Source: Octopus vulgaris
Lineage: Eukaryota
DNA length: 64,000 bases
Assembly (NCBI GenBank): GCA_951406725.2
Contig: OX597831.1
Location: 76,818,001-76,882,000, forward strand
Direction: 5' to 3'
Numbering within the stretch: the first letter of the stretch is position 1; every line of letters begins with the position of its first letter. Shown piece by piece: positions 31,195-44,914 of the stretch. The notes under the pieces were generated by a model. That model saw only the letters and a list, made by a program, of their open reading frames with translations, did not search any database and had not been told where the DNA came from. The position numbers and the translations under genes were made by a program.

Positions 31195-32146
31195 GTCTAT
31201 CTCTGTGTTTAGCCCCGTGTGGGTAGTAAAAAAATAGGTATTTTCTCTTCCCACAAAGGAATTGTATTATGTTTCTATTTTTTGTTCTTTCCGGGGTTTT
31301 TGTTCCTTCGTAGGTGAAGGGATGGTTCATGTTTTTTGCACGCATTTCGTTGTCTATAGGTTCTGTCTTCTCCCCATCTTATACGTTTATTGGGCCACCC
31401 AAGATGTTTGGAATTATTGATCGTAAATCGTGGCTTTCTTGAGTTTCCTTGATAATCATTCATATTACGGTTTCTGTATTGTCTATATTGTCCTTGTTCT
31501 TTCCATCTAGGGTACTTGCTATTTTGGGTTGGTGGTTGTCTGTGTGTTACTTATCTTTCCAGTCTTTCTCCTTATGTATTCATCAATCTAGGTTGTTTGA
31601 TATTATGGGGTGATGGTTGTCTTCTATATTCCGTATGTTTGTTTATTGCAGAGACATATTTTGGCATTGTAACATATGGGTTTCTAGTCTGAATTTGGGG
31701 TAAGCTGGAGGTCATCTCCGAATATGTACTTGGATAACTATAGGTTCGATCCCTTAATCTGGTTCTTCTGGGGCTGGTATCTATGATTTTGATTTCGCTG
31801 TATTGTTTGTTGTGGTTTCATTTTCATAATGGATTTTTCTACATAGTTTTTTCTCAGAGTTTGTGAACCACACTTGTTGTTTTCACCACATTTTCATGGA
31901 TCTTTCTTCTTCCCGCTTAGAGTCTTCTTTCCATAGTTACGGGAAAAAAAACAACATTGAGCAACCGTTGGAAAACCGCTTATTGCAGTGACTCGATCAA
32001 TTCCTAGCAATATTTGAAGAATGAGTTTTTATTTTCCGAAATATAATATCAGATTATGGATGATTAAATTATAACAGTTATTATAGTCCAATCTGCATTG
32101 CTGTGCCATTCAAGAAGGTCAGATACTTTTTCACTACACCCCGTGT

Positions 32147-32233
<87 letters not shown>

Positions 32234-32325
32234 GAATTTACAAATAAAAAAGGCAGAAGACGATGAAGACGGGAGTGTAAACAACAAATAGATATATTAG
32301 TTTAACGCTCGGGAAGTTGGAATGT

Positions 32326-32361
32326 CTTTTACGTTTCGAGCCTACGCTCTTCAACAGAAAA
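32326..32361 (-). ncRNA. Hammerhead motif with mutated core (CTGTTGA) downstream of gene B
   Basis: Paralog of 48128-48163 with an A>T change in the catalytic core. Confidence 0.5.
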
Positions 32362-32415
32362 AGACACAGAAATAAACAGGGAGAGAAAATAGGAAAAGGT
32401 TTAGTGGCTAGCGAT

Positions 32416-32464
<49 letters not shown>

Positions 32465-32876
32465 ACTTTGGAAGTGGTTTCAATGACAAATAAAAAGGTA
32501 TTCAATAGATAAATTGACAGTAGTTTAACTTTACACTTGGCCCACGACTGCCGGTGCTTGTAATCGACAGATGGTAGAATTATTGTCCTATCTAATTGGA
32601 CGTTTAGTGCATGTCACCACCGAATACGAACGCTGTTTAATAATCATTATTATATATATGACTAAAGATTTTTGACCATTGTCTATTTGGACATTTTATT
32701 CGCATACATGAGACATTTATTGACATTTCGTATGATTTAAGAAAAAAAATACAAGACGGAATAGGTTTAGCATCGAAATTATTAGTTTCGAGAAATGGAG
32801 AGCGTTTATTTAAATGACGTTTCGAATTACTGTCCTTCATCGGAATAGGGTGATGCCCAGAAATATCACTGAGCAA

Positions 32877-33065
32877 TCATATACCAAACAATGTATCGAT
32901 ATCTTTCACCAGAGTTTCTCTCGTATCTTCCCGTAACTGTTTTAAGTACTCTTCATTGGGTACATATTTAGCGTAGTTGAAGCGGCAACGGATCCCGGCG
33001 ATAATTTGTTCTACGACGAAAAGGCGTAGTGAGTCTCTTACAAGGTCAAAATGGAGCATAAATAC
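32877..33065 (-). CDS. Gene B exon 5 (VFMLHFDLVR...DIDTLFGI*)
   Basis: tctctcaaag acceptor, phase 0, TGA stop. Confidence 0.8.
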   Translation of the reverse strand, partial: VFMLHFDLVRDSLRLFVVEQIIAGIRCRFNYAKYVPNEEYLKQLREDTRETLVKDIDTLFGI

Positions 33066-33455
33066 CTTTGAGAGAGAATATAACACAGAAGGTATTAAAA
33101 GATGATAACAAGCAACAATGGTGAAAACAACTATGGAAGTACAGGGATATCAAAATCTCGTGATTATAAGCGACCTAAAAAGAGTTGGAGTGTGCATTGG
33201 TCGAAAGGATGTGAAAATAATGAACAAGATGAGGTCACTAGACCCAATACACGAGTATAGGTGAATTAGACATCAGAAACTGCAGGAGCTACACCGGGGT
33301 TTAGCCAGTTCTACTTTTGTATCCATTCCAATGGTGGGAACCCTTCCGTACCGCAACCAGGTAGCTCAGAGTCACGAGCATTCTGTCCCTTAGTCTGCAC
33401 CCTTTGATTTGCTTGGGCAGCCAGGACCGAATTAATCTTCACCAGCAAAACGGTT

Positions 33456-33720
33456 CTAGTTGTAATCTCTTAGTAACCACGTCCACCTTGAGCTGGTTCC
33501 AGCTTCCTCATCTACCTCGTTGCTGGCTTTCTTCAGTAGTTTGGATTTCAGACCAATCTTCTGGAGCAAATTGTGCACCGACGTTGCGGAGAAGCCGCGG
33601 TAGGCTACTTTAGCAGGGAACGAGGTCTGCGTGGCATCCCTTGACAGGGGCCTCATTAACCAAGCCTTGATATTCAGTTTCCTTTATCCACTAAGGAATC
33701 TCAAGTAATTTTTCCAGGTT
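33456..33720 (-). mobile_element. 3' fragment of an RLE-type non-LTR element, present only in unit 1
   Basis: VAYRGFSATS..LLQKIGL..EEAGTSSRWTWLLR resembles the (E)VGCRGF...ASRWLW.KR C-terminus of such elements. Confidence 0.6.
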
Positions 33721-33959
33721 AGGCTCAAGGCAAGCAATATTCGGATAAAGAAGTTAATTAATTACTTGAACCCAATTATTAGAATGGTACATTATTTCAC
33801 TAGTGTAATCTTTCTGTGTATCGGATGATGATGACGATGAGGATGATGATGATGAGAAGAAGAAGAAGAAGAAGAAGAAGAAGAAGAAGAAGAAGAAGAA
33901 GAAGAAGAAGAAGAAGAAGAAGAAGAAGAAGAAGAAGAAGAAGAAGAAGAAGAAGAAGA

Positions 33960-34258
33960 AAGACCTGGAAATAGAGGTAACTCGAATGTGGAGTCCAAAA
34001 AGAGAAATAATTCCTATCATAGTGGGCGAATTAGCTATGATAAAAAATATTCAAACAAATACATAAAAACACTAGGACTTACAAACACATATAACATACA
34101 GAAAATTGCACTACTAGGCACCGCACACATCTTACGTAAAACACTTTCAATACAGCGAATATAAGAGCGCCATAACAAATCACAGCAAATACCCAAGGCA
34201 CACAGAGCTGCGCTCGGTAGTGAAGTGAAAGAAAGCTATAAAAATAAGACTACTGAAT
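33960..34258 (+). mobile_element. R4/Dong-like 3' fragment between (GAA)n and (TAA)n
   Basis: KDLEIEVTRMW..IIPIIVG..IQKIALLGTAHILRKTLS, similar to element 1-493. Confidence 0.75.
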
Positions 34259-34280
34259 AATAATAATGATGATGATGATG

Positions 34281-34374
<94 letters not shown>

Positions 34375-34576
34375 CAACAACAACAACAACAGAAGGAAGA
34401 GCTCCAGCATGACAGCCATCCAATGATTGAAGCGTGTAAAAAATAAAAGATAAAAGATTTGAAATTACGAGGGAAACCGTGCATGCTGAATGTGTGTATT
34501 TGAAATCACAGTAGAAATTGTGTTTTGATGTCTAACGTTTAAAAAGATTGCCAGTTGACTTTAGAGACATACTCAC

Positions 34577-34789
34577 GGTGAGGTAGGGATTCATGATATC
34601 AGGGAATCGTAAAATTGCCAAATCCATCAATTCTCTCCTTTTATAATCATTACCCAAAAGTGCGTTTTTGATCGAAATTTCTTCACCATTTGCGAGATAA
34701 TAAGCTAAATTGGTAATATTTATGTTCATCTCGCCTAACATCGGATGCTCTTGTATTAAGCGGTCAAACCACAGTTCGGTGAAGAAAAC
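34577..34789 (-). CDS. Gene B exon 4 (VFFTELWFDRL...DLAILRFPDIMNPYLT)
   Basis: ttcctctcag acceptor, GTGAGT donor, 71 codons. Confidence 0.8.
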
Positions 34790-35447
34790 CTGAGAGGAAA
34801 AACAATGGGAAAACCAATTACGATAAATTAATAAAAAGCAACAAATACTACTACTACTACTACTACTACAACTACTACTACAACTACTACTACTACTACT
34901 ACTAATAATAATAATAATAATAATAATAAAAATAATAATGATTAAATGACTGGCAGTGGTATCATATACATTGTCTTGGTATAAAAGATGAGCTACAGCA
35001 AATATTCTGCTCAATACCACAGATTTGCTTGTCAGTTGTTTGACCTTAACCAGTTGAGCATGTCCCTTAGTGGCTGATGTTACGTGCCCCTCTGATCACG
35101 AGCAGAAGTAGTGAGGGAGCATCATAGCCATGTGTTGAGAGGGATTCTTTGGGGTTTGGATAATTTAACTTTGGAAACATCGGTGTTTTGTTCAACGTCC
35201 TTAATCAACCCTTATCAGGGACATTTTGAGGGGGGTGGGGTACTCGACCTGAAGGAAATACTAACCAGGCCCCACCTGCAGGGTCATGCACAGTTTATCT
35301 TGATATGAGATCACTATGTCACGCACGTATGTCTGTGATGCATGCGCCTGCTGCACCCTTACCAGACGGGTAGTCATGATGGATACACTGGGCTTCGTAT
35401 ATTTGTACCCCAGTGTCACTCGGATGGCATGCACTGCTCTCTCACTC

Positions 35448-35539
<92 letters not shown>

Positions 35540-35939
35540 TAATAATAATAACGTTGCGATTGCTATAGATAGTTTATTGGTTGAACGATATTTCGAGAGA
35601 AAGCCTATCTTTGCCAAGTTCAAAATGGGAAGAGATAAACATTCGAAGTAAGAGAAATTCAAATGTAAAATAAGAACGAGAACAACCAGCGTTCATACGT
35701 TGATTGATAGACATAATCTTCAAGTTTCAATTTTACAACTAGCGAAAAGAAAAAAGAGAAAAAAGAAAAGGACAGGAAGGAGAATGTTTAATCAGTTTTG
35801 TGTAAATTTCATGTAATTTTCCTGTCATTTTGTTCATTTCACTAGTTAACCTGCAACTCATGCATTTTGAGTAATGAAAGTATATCAGATTCAGAATATT
35901 TTATGACAATATGCATTTTCAGGTCTTTTTCAAAATTGC

Positions 35940-36430
35940 AGCCGTTCAGCAAATTCTGTCGAACTACTGTCATTGTGCCTGACGCCATACCTGTGCCCAT
36001 TGAATCAGTTGTTTAAGTGTTCTGTTCTACAACCAGCATAAATCAAGTCGTGGTTTGTGCATTCTACTGCGTACAACAAATAGGAATCTTTACATCTGCC
36101 ACATTCTGCGTAAATCACAACATTTCTGTTATGATTCTTGATGGAATTCACTTGACTTATGTTGTTACACAATGAACCGGGCTTATCTCTCTTGCGGTTG
36201 CTTTTCAAGGTACAGCGTGCAGATAATCCAATGTTAGTTTTCTTTGAGTCAGAGTAGTGGTTAATAATTCTCATATATTTTCATTCCGTCTAAAGGCTAT
36301 AATAGGCGGCTGAAGAAATATCTGTTTGAAACGAGAGTATTTTTCCGCCACATGTTGGTAATTTTCATGCAACACTTTTGAAATGCCAACGAAATTTCGG
36401 TGCCAGTTAATCACTAAAGGAATTCTGTTA
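35940..36430 (-). mobile_element. Penelope-like GIY-YIG remnant (absent from unit 2)
   Basis: C..C region then LLYAVECTNHDLIYAG...LNN, a degenerate GIY-YIG pattern. Confidence 0.45.
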
Positions 36431-37205
36431 GATATTGTACTGTTTTTCCTAAAATTATGCGTGAAGTTTTGACTTTCTTTGCTAATCCTAACTATTTCAT
36501 CTGCTATTTCCTTTAATCATGATTCACTGTAACTGCGATTGACATAATGGTGTAGAAAAGCATTTGTATGCTTCCAGTAATCCCTATGTCAGTACAAACC
36601 CGTTTCTTCCCGCCAAAATGGGGATTTCGGATTTGACAATGGATGCGAACTGGTCTGAAAAGTCATGGTCGTATATATGCAAGGACAAAAGTAAATCACA
36701 ACAATTAAGTTGAATGCGAGACGGCCTTCATCTAACACAGGGGTTCTCAACCATTTTTAAAATCTATTAACCCCATTTGTTATTGTTTTATTCTGGTGGA
36801 CCCCTCCATAGCCATTCGACGTTTAAAAAGTAGTTTTATAGAAATTTCTTTCAAAATTCTTCTTTTGTTTTTCACTCATTAACTTATGTAAGTTGAACTG
36901 TGTGAAATGTTAGACAAAAGAACCCAACCGTTTCTTGCAATACACACCAACACATACATTAAAAGCAACATTTATCTGCAGGGGCCCTTACAATACTGCC
37001 GTGGATGTTCAATTTACTATTTTGTTACGTGGACCCCACCATAATCTTATATGGACCCTTGGTGTCAAACTTTTCTTCATGCTCCTTGTGACCTGTTCCC
37101 AGACATAGTTCCTCTGCAACTGAAACGATCTGGAATGAAATGATATTATAAACATATTTCAGTAAAAAGTCAAAGCTTCAGGAAGCAATCTAACATTTTA
37201 TTTAC

Positions 37206-37397
37206 CGTCATATAGTCGACTTCACGGCTGGCAAAATCCAGCATTTCGGTTCTCACTCGGGTCATATTAGATTCAGTAAAGTTTGTTCTTCCACCAACCA
37301 TTTCCAAATATGGTATTCTGTCCAAAGAATCCAAAAGACCTTCCCAACTTGTTTTATTCAGCTTATCCATTTCACTTATAGCACCAGCAACCATTAT
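37206..37397 (-). CDS. Gene B exon 3 (IMVAGAISE...EVDYMT)
   Basis: ttgcacag acceptor, GTAAAT donor, 64 codons. Confidence 0.8.
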
Positions 37398-38231
37398 CTG
37401 TGCAACCGAAATACATAGATAACTCGATAAACATAGATATACAGTTATAAATATACACAATACGCATGCATGTGTGAGTATGTGTCTCTGTGTGTGAGCG
37501 TGTGTGTATATGTGTATATGTATGTGCGTGTGTGTGTGTGTAACTGAACAAGCTGGAGTCAACAAGGAGCGTGGTCGGACATTTATCTGCAGTCACTACA
37601 GCTGTTTCTAGGCAATGACCAACCACACTTATTCCTATTAACCCCAACTCATTCAATCATCCATTCAAATATTAAAGAAGCCGAAATGCAAATCTGGAAT
37701 TATAATACTCCAAGTGGATAGCACAGGGTGAAATCTGAAGGCGGACGATCTATATTCTATACTCTACCACGTTCTCTTATACATACATACATGCATACAT
37801 ACATACATAAATACATACATACCTACATACATACATACCTACATACATACATACACACACACATACATACATACATACATACATACATACATACATACAT
37901 ACATACATACATACATACATACATACATACATACATACATTTCATTCATAACAACCAGAATAATTACTCCACTTCAAAAGTGAAGAAATGAAAGAAAATA
38001 GCATTCGACACACTTAAATTTAGATTTACAATCTTTCCGTAACAAGTTGACTTAGGTCCGTATCAAAGTTAGTTAAATTACTTGAATCCTGCACTCCATT
38101 CCTTACTACCGAACATTCAGAAACTACTTCTGACTGAGGTCTCTGCCGGTTAACTAATAGATATCAATGAAAACCGGACCGAGGTGCAAACGAATGTAGA
38201 CATACAATGGTTATATGACAGTTGAACTTAC

Positions 38232-38416
38232 TTTTAAATTGTCATCGATCATCTTCAAAGATTCGAATTGGAGTGTCCCGAACGTGGCCGCCAGTTCAAA
38301 CCTGATGTCAAATTTGTCGCCAAGTTACGTTTTTTCTGTAAGTCTTTCAACGACTTGATCCGGGGTGTTCAAGTGAAGAATTTTGTCCACTGCTTCTTCA
38401 TCATTTATAGTGTGTT
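38232..38416 (-). CDS. Gene B exon 2 (contains premature stop)
   Basis: Identical to C exon 2 except one base that creates TAA. Confidence 0.75.
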
Positions 38417-38897
38417 CTGTTAGTGTTTGAGAGAAATTATATAAGATAAAAAGAGAGAAAGAGTAAAAGGCGATGATGTGTGTATGCTCCACAGAAATGC
38501 AAAAACAATCATCGTGTTCGAATTGATCGTGTCCTGGGAGGACAGGCCCGATATTTCCTACCGGGCCAAAATATTGGAAATTCTAGGACTCAGTAAACGA
38601 AGCTCTTATCAAAGACTGACATGTGACTTCATTCCCCATTGAAGTTTGGTGCCACGGATTTCCATCAAGATCCGTGCGCTAATTGCTGCAGAAGATAGGT
38701 CTGGAATTCAGACAACTGAAGGAAGTCATTAAGGAAGAAGGCAGGGCAGCTGAAACTAACTCAGGATAGCTGTGGTTGATAAAAGATCGCAAGTGAACCC
38801 CTTCCGTAGGTGAAGACTTGCTACCCCACTCAGGCGTATAAGCTAAGGACGAAGCGCTTGACTTTAAAATACTTGTAGGCGATACAGAAGGGTTTAT

Positions 38898-39212
<315 letters not shown>

Positions 39213-39334
39213 TGTGTGTCTGTATGTCTGTATATCTGCCTCTTTGTCTATGTTTACTTACTATAGGTTTTTTGAATTATATATATATACAAGTATGCTA
39301 TATTTCCCTTTTGTTGTCTTTTTATTTAATTCTG

Positions 39335-39384
<50 letters not shown>

Positions 39385-39443
39385 TTGCGTAATAAGATAA
39401 AAAAACAAGGCTATGTAGATATTAGAGCATTTATAGATAGATG

Positions 39444-39495
39444 GTCTTACAGCTGTTTCTAGGATATTTATTAATTATATCCCTTCATCGGAGAC
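39444..39495 (-). ncRNA. Hammerhead motif (core variant CCGATGA) in gene B intron 1
   Basis: GTCT CCGATGA ag GGATAT..ATATCC ta GAAA CAGCTG TA AGAC. Confidence 0.55.
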
Positions 39496-39838
39496 GGTGT
39501 GAGAGGATGGTTAAGTTATAGTCAGTTTAGATGTGATACAAAATAGAGAGTGAGGGAAAGAAAATAGATGCAAGATATGTATGGGTATTGAAGTTGTAGA
39601 TCCGTTTTTAGGCATAATGGTGTATATACAATATTCCAATATCCTATGAGTAAAATCCCAGAAGTCCAACAGAGTTTAAAATGAGTCCTTCCAAAAATAC
39701 AGTTTATAAGCAAAGTAAGATTCCCTTATGAGAGAGATCAAGCAGAATTTTAACTTGGTCATTCCTAGTGGACAATTTATATACAACATTATATTCAGCA
39801 TTACCTGACACCTTTGGGTCTCAATGACACCATTATCT

Positions 39839-39958
<120 letters not shown>

Positions 39959-39978
39959 TACATATATATATATGTATG

Positions 39979-40048
<70 letters not shown>

Positions 40049-40627
40049 TACATATATATATATATGTACACTTTTCATCTTAATATAGTTGCAAGGACAT
40101 TACAATAATCAGCTACGTAGAGTTTCACGTTCGCACTCGTCGGGTAGGTGTGATCACAACTGATCGACGGACGGGAACGTGAAACTGACGAACAGGCTAT
40201 TCGGATCATCTAGAACATTCGGTGTATTAACTTACAAATTTCCACTTTCTACGTCTATACGTGTGTATTAGGTTTCTGTACGCGCCGCGTGTGTGTATGT
40301 GTGTGTGTATACGCGACCGTGCACTGGCTTTGAAGAAAAAGAATATAGAGGAAGGGATCAATTATGATGTTAGTCAACATATTAACATATTCCCCTCTCA
40401 GATTCACATAGTTATTGCAGCGGTCACATATCAACCAATATATATGTGTATATATGTATATATATATGTGTATATATGTATATATATATTTTGAGCGCTA
40501 GACGATATACCAGAAATCCCTAGTTTTGTCGGGACGTTCGGAGTCTGCGCAGTGATATGATCAGTTAGAGAGAGTAAATCATTAGAAGCACATGCTTCTA
40601 GTGAGTTAGGATCTCAGAACAACAGGG

Positions 40628-40701
40628 CTCTTACCGATGAATTCTCCCTGAGCAAATAAATTATCTTTATTGATGAAAAGAAAGAAACTGCAGTCTAAGA
40701 G
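40628..40701 (+). ncRNA. Hammerhead motif (core variant CCGATGA), unit-1 specific
   Basis: CTCTTA CCGATGA ... GAAA CTGCAG TC TAAGAG; 6-bp stem I, palindromic stem III, GTC site. Confidence 0.55.
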
Positions 40702-40867
40702 TAACCGAGTTAGTAAATGTTTTTATCTTCATTTCACTAAATTTATCTAGCTCCTGTGTTCCTAGCACATATTTCGCCTTAATGTACTGATATATGAAAA
40801 ATATATGGCTTGTGTTAGAAATACCAGCGATAATAATTATTTTTATTTTATCGCAATTTGATTTGTT

Positions 40868-40930
<63 letters not shown>

Positions 40931-41745
40931 AAATATATATATGTATGTATGTATGTATACACGTATTGTTAATGAATAGTAGGAGATGGATATTGTATTA
41001 GACTTTTATTAGGCACAACATAAGTTTCGAGCCGTCAGTCTGGTCTCTTTATATATATTGATAAAGAAGTTTCACCAGTGAAAAATGCAACTACAATATC
41101 TATAATAACCAACCATCGAATTACACCAGCAACAATTCAAACAACAACACTAACACACCCGGAAGTATTAAAAATAATAAGATAGCAATGATCACGAATA
41201 TACTGAGTAGAACCAATTCATCTAGTGCTCGCATGAAGCAAGCACAAAAGACAACCAGTTATACCCATGCAGAGACAGATCCAAATGTCCCATGGACAAC
41301 CAATGCATGACCAGAAATGTGGTATATAAGTGCACAGTAAACACTAGAGGAAGCTGCTACGTATATATCGGTGCATCGGCGATATTTTAAAAAATCGACA
41401 CTGTAACCACATAGGCAACTTTCAAAACACCATTAAACGGCAGGTAAACACATATTCACATACTGTAATCTAAACCATGTCTAGCTAATGCAAATCTAAC
41501 ACCTACGACTCGGTTTACTTAAACAGAATCGTATCGGAATAAGATGTATTTAGACATGTAACTTTACAATCAAAATGTGTGTGTGTATATATATATAGAT
41601 ATGTTTATCTATATGTATGTGTGTATATGAATATATATATATACATGTTTGTGTGTGTGTTTCTGTATATGTCAGTCTGTCTTCGTGTAAGTGAGTATGT
41701 GGGTCTACGTACGTATCTATATCCATCTTTATGTACGTGTGTAAG

Positions 41746-41780
<35 letters not shown>

Positions 41781-41851
41781 TATATATATATGTCCATTAT
41801 TTATGTGTATATATGTGTATGTATATGTATGCGCATATATATGTGCATAAA

Positions 41852-41931
<80 letters not shown>

Positions 41932-42622
41932 TGTATGTTTTATGCACGAACATGAAACTACTTGACTATGTGCTAATCTTCCTTTCTCCTCCTAATTTCC
42001 TCTAAGCAGTTGTGACAGCGAAAACTAATTAGGTCATTTTATTTAAACTGGAACGCATGATTTCCACGTTCATATTTGAATTATTTGCATTTCTATAATA
42101 TTATTTTACTTTATTCATTCCCGAACTTGATGGGCACGTAACAAGCCACCCGACACTATAGACCTCTAGTGAGACATATCTTTCTCGATGTACATGATGA
42201 GAGCCAGACTGATGGGTCGAAACATATGTTGTACCGAATAAAATTCTACTACGAAATCCATCTTCTACTGTTAATTAATATTATTACCCTAACTGCCACT
42301 GCGGAGTTCCTGAAGTAAATCCACCGGAAGTGTACCACGACTACGGATGATAAAAGGTAACCTAATCTCTGCAGGTGCTCTACTCAACATTTAAACACGC
42401 TTATCGAACAGTTCTATATTTAAGAGGTGAGGAATTATGTACATTATTTACATTATTTACGTTTGCCGGACATTTGTCCTCATCTTCTTTGGAGAGTAGT
42501 ATATCAGCCGGAACGTTGTGATAACAACAAATAAGATGAGGACAAATATCCGTCAAATGTAAATAATGTAAATAATGTACACTAATCGAAGTATACCTAT
42601 TTGTCCAAATTATATATATATA

Positions 42623-42696
<74 letters not shown>

Positions 42697-42706
42697 CATG
42701 TACACT

Positions 42707-42742
<36 letters not shown>

Positions 42743-42828
42743 CATACATATACATACATATATACATATATATATTTATGTATAAATGTATGCATGTATA
42801 TATATATATATATATATATATACATACA

Positions 42829-42890
<62 letters not shown>

Positions 42891-42893
<3 letters not shown>

Positions 42894-44385
42894 TGAGTCA
42901 TCCTATAAATAATGCGGGTCTTTTATAATGTCATGCGCCGAACACAATGATTAGAAAAAGGTGAAACTCGGCTCTCCAGGGGAAAGAAGGTCTTTGTCCA
43001 CGTAAAGGGTTGCTATCTCTTTCGTGGGATATAAAACTTTAGTGCACTTTGACCTTTTAAACCCAAACTAAACGATCACAAATGAGATCTACTGCGAGTA
43101 GCTTGAGCGGCTTAAGTCAGCGCTATTTTTCAGTATATACATATATTTTCGATCATCCCATAAATAATGCGGTCTTTGAATAAAAGATTTTTCAAAATTA
43201 AGAAAACGACGTTGTTTTTTAATCTAAAATATATTCTCCTTAATTTCCTGTAATGCTCTTCCATCTCACCCGCTAGACTTGAAGGCCCCTCCTCCAAAAT
43301 TCACTTGACCCTGATGAAAAATACTCCTTCAGTACTGTTCTGATTTCGTCGTATATTATTCATATATTCTCCATGCAAATCGTTTTGAAGACAACGGAAT
43401 TAAATCAGATGGGGCAATGTCCGGCGAATATGGTGAATGGAACATCAGTTCCCATTCAAACTGCTCCAACCTTTGGAATATCATCCTCGCTCTATGTGAC
43501 CCGAAGAGCACCTTTCGTCATGAAACCAAAGATGGTCGTTTTCCTTCTTGTGCTGACTTAAGCCGCTCAAGTTGCTCGCAATAGATCTCCTTTGTTATCG
43601 TTCAATTTGGGTTTAAAAGTTCAAAGTGCACTAAACCATTAAAACCTACCCAACAGATTACAACACTTTAAGACCTTCTTTTGCCTGGGGTGCCGGTGTT
43701 TCTCCTTTTCTTGCCCAATGTCTTGGGCGCTTCAAATTTTTATGGAGAACCCATTTCTCATCATCAGTCACTAATTAGTCCCCAGAAAGATTATTCATGA
43801 GAGGTGGCAACAAAAAAGAGCACGCATTAACTCCCTGCACGCGATTAGACTCGGAAAGTTTTTGTGGAACTCATTGACCCAAATTGCTGACTTTTCCGAT
43901 GGCACACAGGGGTTGATTAATCTTTGAATGTCCAAATCCAAGCTTCTCAGCTAGTTTGATGAGATTTTTTTCCACCAGGGTTAGTAGGACGTCCTCGTCG
44001 ATCTCTACAGATCTTCCAGGACGAAACTCGTCTTCTAGGCTGTAGTTTCTGACTCGGAACTCCTTGGACAACCGTTGACACTAGCTTACGCTTATTGTCC
44101 GATCTCCATATACTGCATTAATATTTCTCGCACTTTCCGTTGCGTTGTTGCCTTTATTGAACTCATAAAGCAAAATATGCTGAATATGATACTTTGCCAC
44201 TTCCATTAGAGCTTTGAAATCTTAACTATTAAAATTTAACATCACTCTTCAAATCTTGCACTAAGGATAAATCAAGTTAAAATTACCACCTGGTTTTATA
44301 GCAAGTTGATGCAGGTAGTTTATCCCGCGCCTCTGACTTTTAGTTCAAGTAATTGAAAAACCGCAATTTATGGGATTACCCAATA
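42891..44385 (-). mobile_element. Degenerate mariner transposon in gene B intron 1
   Basis: TIRs tattgagtcatcctataaataatgcgg / ccgcaatttatgggattacccaata; HILLYEFNKG.NATESARNINAVYG, SLEDE.RPGR, VTDDEKW motifs with stops. Confidence 0.85.
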
Positions 44386-44796
44386 TGTATGTATGTATGT
44401 ATGTATGTTTGTATGTAAGTGTATGTATGTATGTATGTGTTTGTATGTATGTATGTATGTATATGTATGTATGTGCGTATGTATGTATGTATGTATCTGT
44501 ATTTATGTATGTGTATGTATGTATACATGTATGTATCTATATATGTATGTATGTAAGTGTATGTATGTATGTATGTATGTATATATGTATATATGTCTGT
44601 ATGTATGTATGCATGCATGCATCTATGTAGATATGTATGTATGTATATATGTATGTATATATGTGTGTGTATGTTTGTATGTATGTATGTGTTTGAATGT
44701 ATGTATGTATGTATGTATGTATGTGTATGTATGTGTGTGTATGTATGTATGTATGTATATATGTATTTATCTAAATATGTATATATAAAGACATAC

Positions 44797-44857
44797 CTGG
44801 TTTTTGTGTAATTACAACCGAAAACGTGAAGCAAAATATTAGCAGAAGTTGATTCAT
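44797..44857 (-). CDS. Gene B exon 1, signal peptide MNQLLLIFCFTFSVVITQKP
   Basis: ATG, hydrophobic core, phase-1 G|GTATGT donor matching exon 2. Confidence 0.7.
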
Positions 44858-44906
44858 CCTGGCTTCGAAGAGGAAAACTGATCTGAAGCTGTCTGTTGGT
44901 GGCTCC

Positions 44907-44914
44907 TTTTAATA
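44907..44914 (-). promoter_or_regulatory. TATA-like box TATTAAAA of gene B, with TCAGAT/TCAGTT initiator-like motifs 30-35 nt downstream
   Basis: Position and context conserved with genes A and C. Confidence 0.55.
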
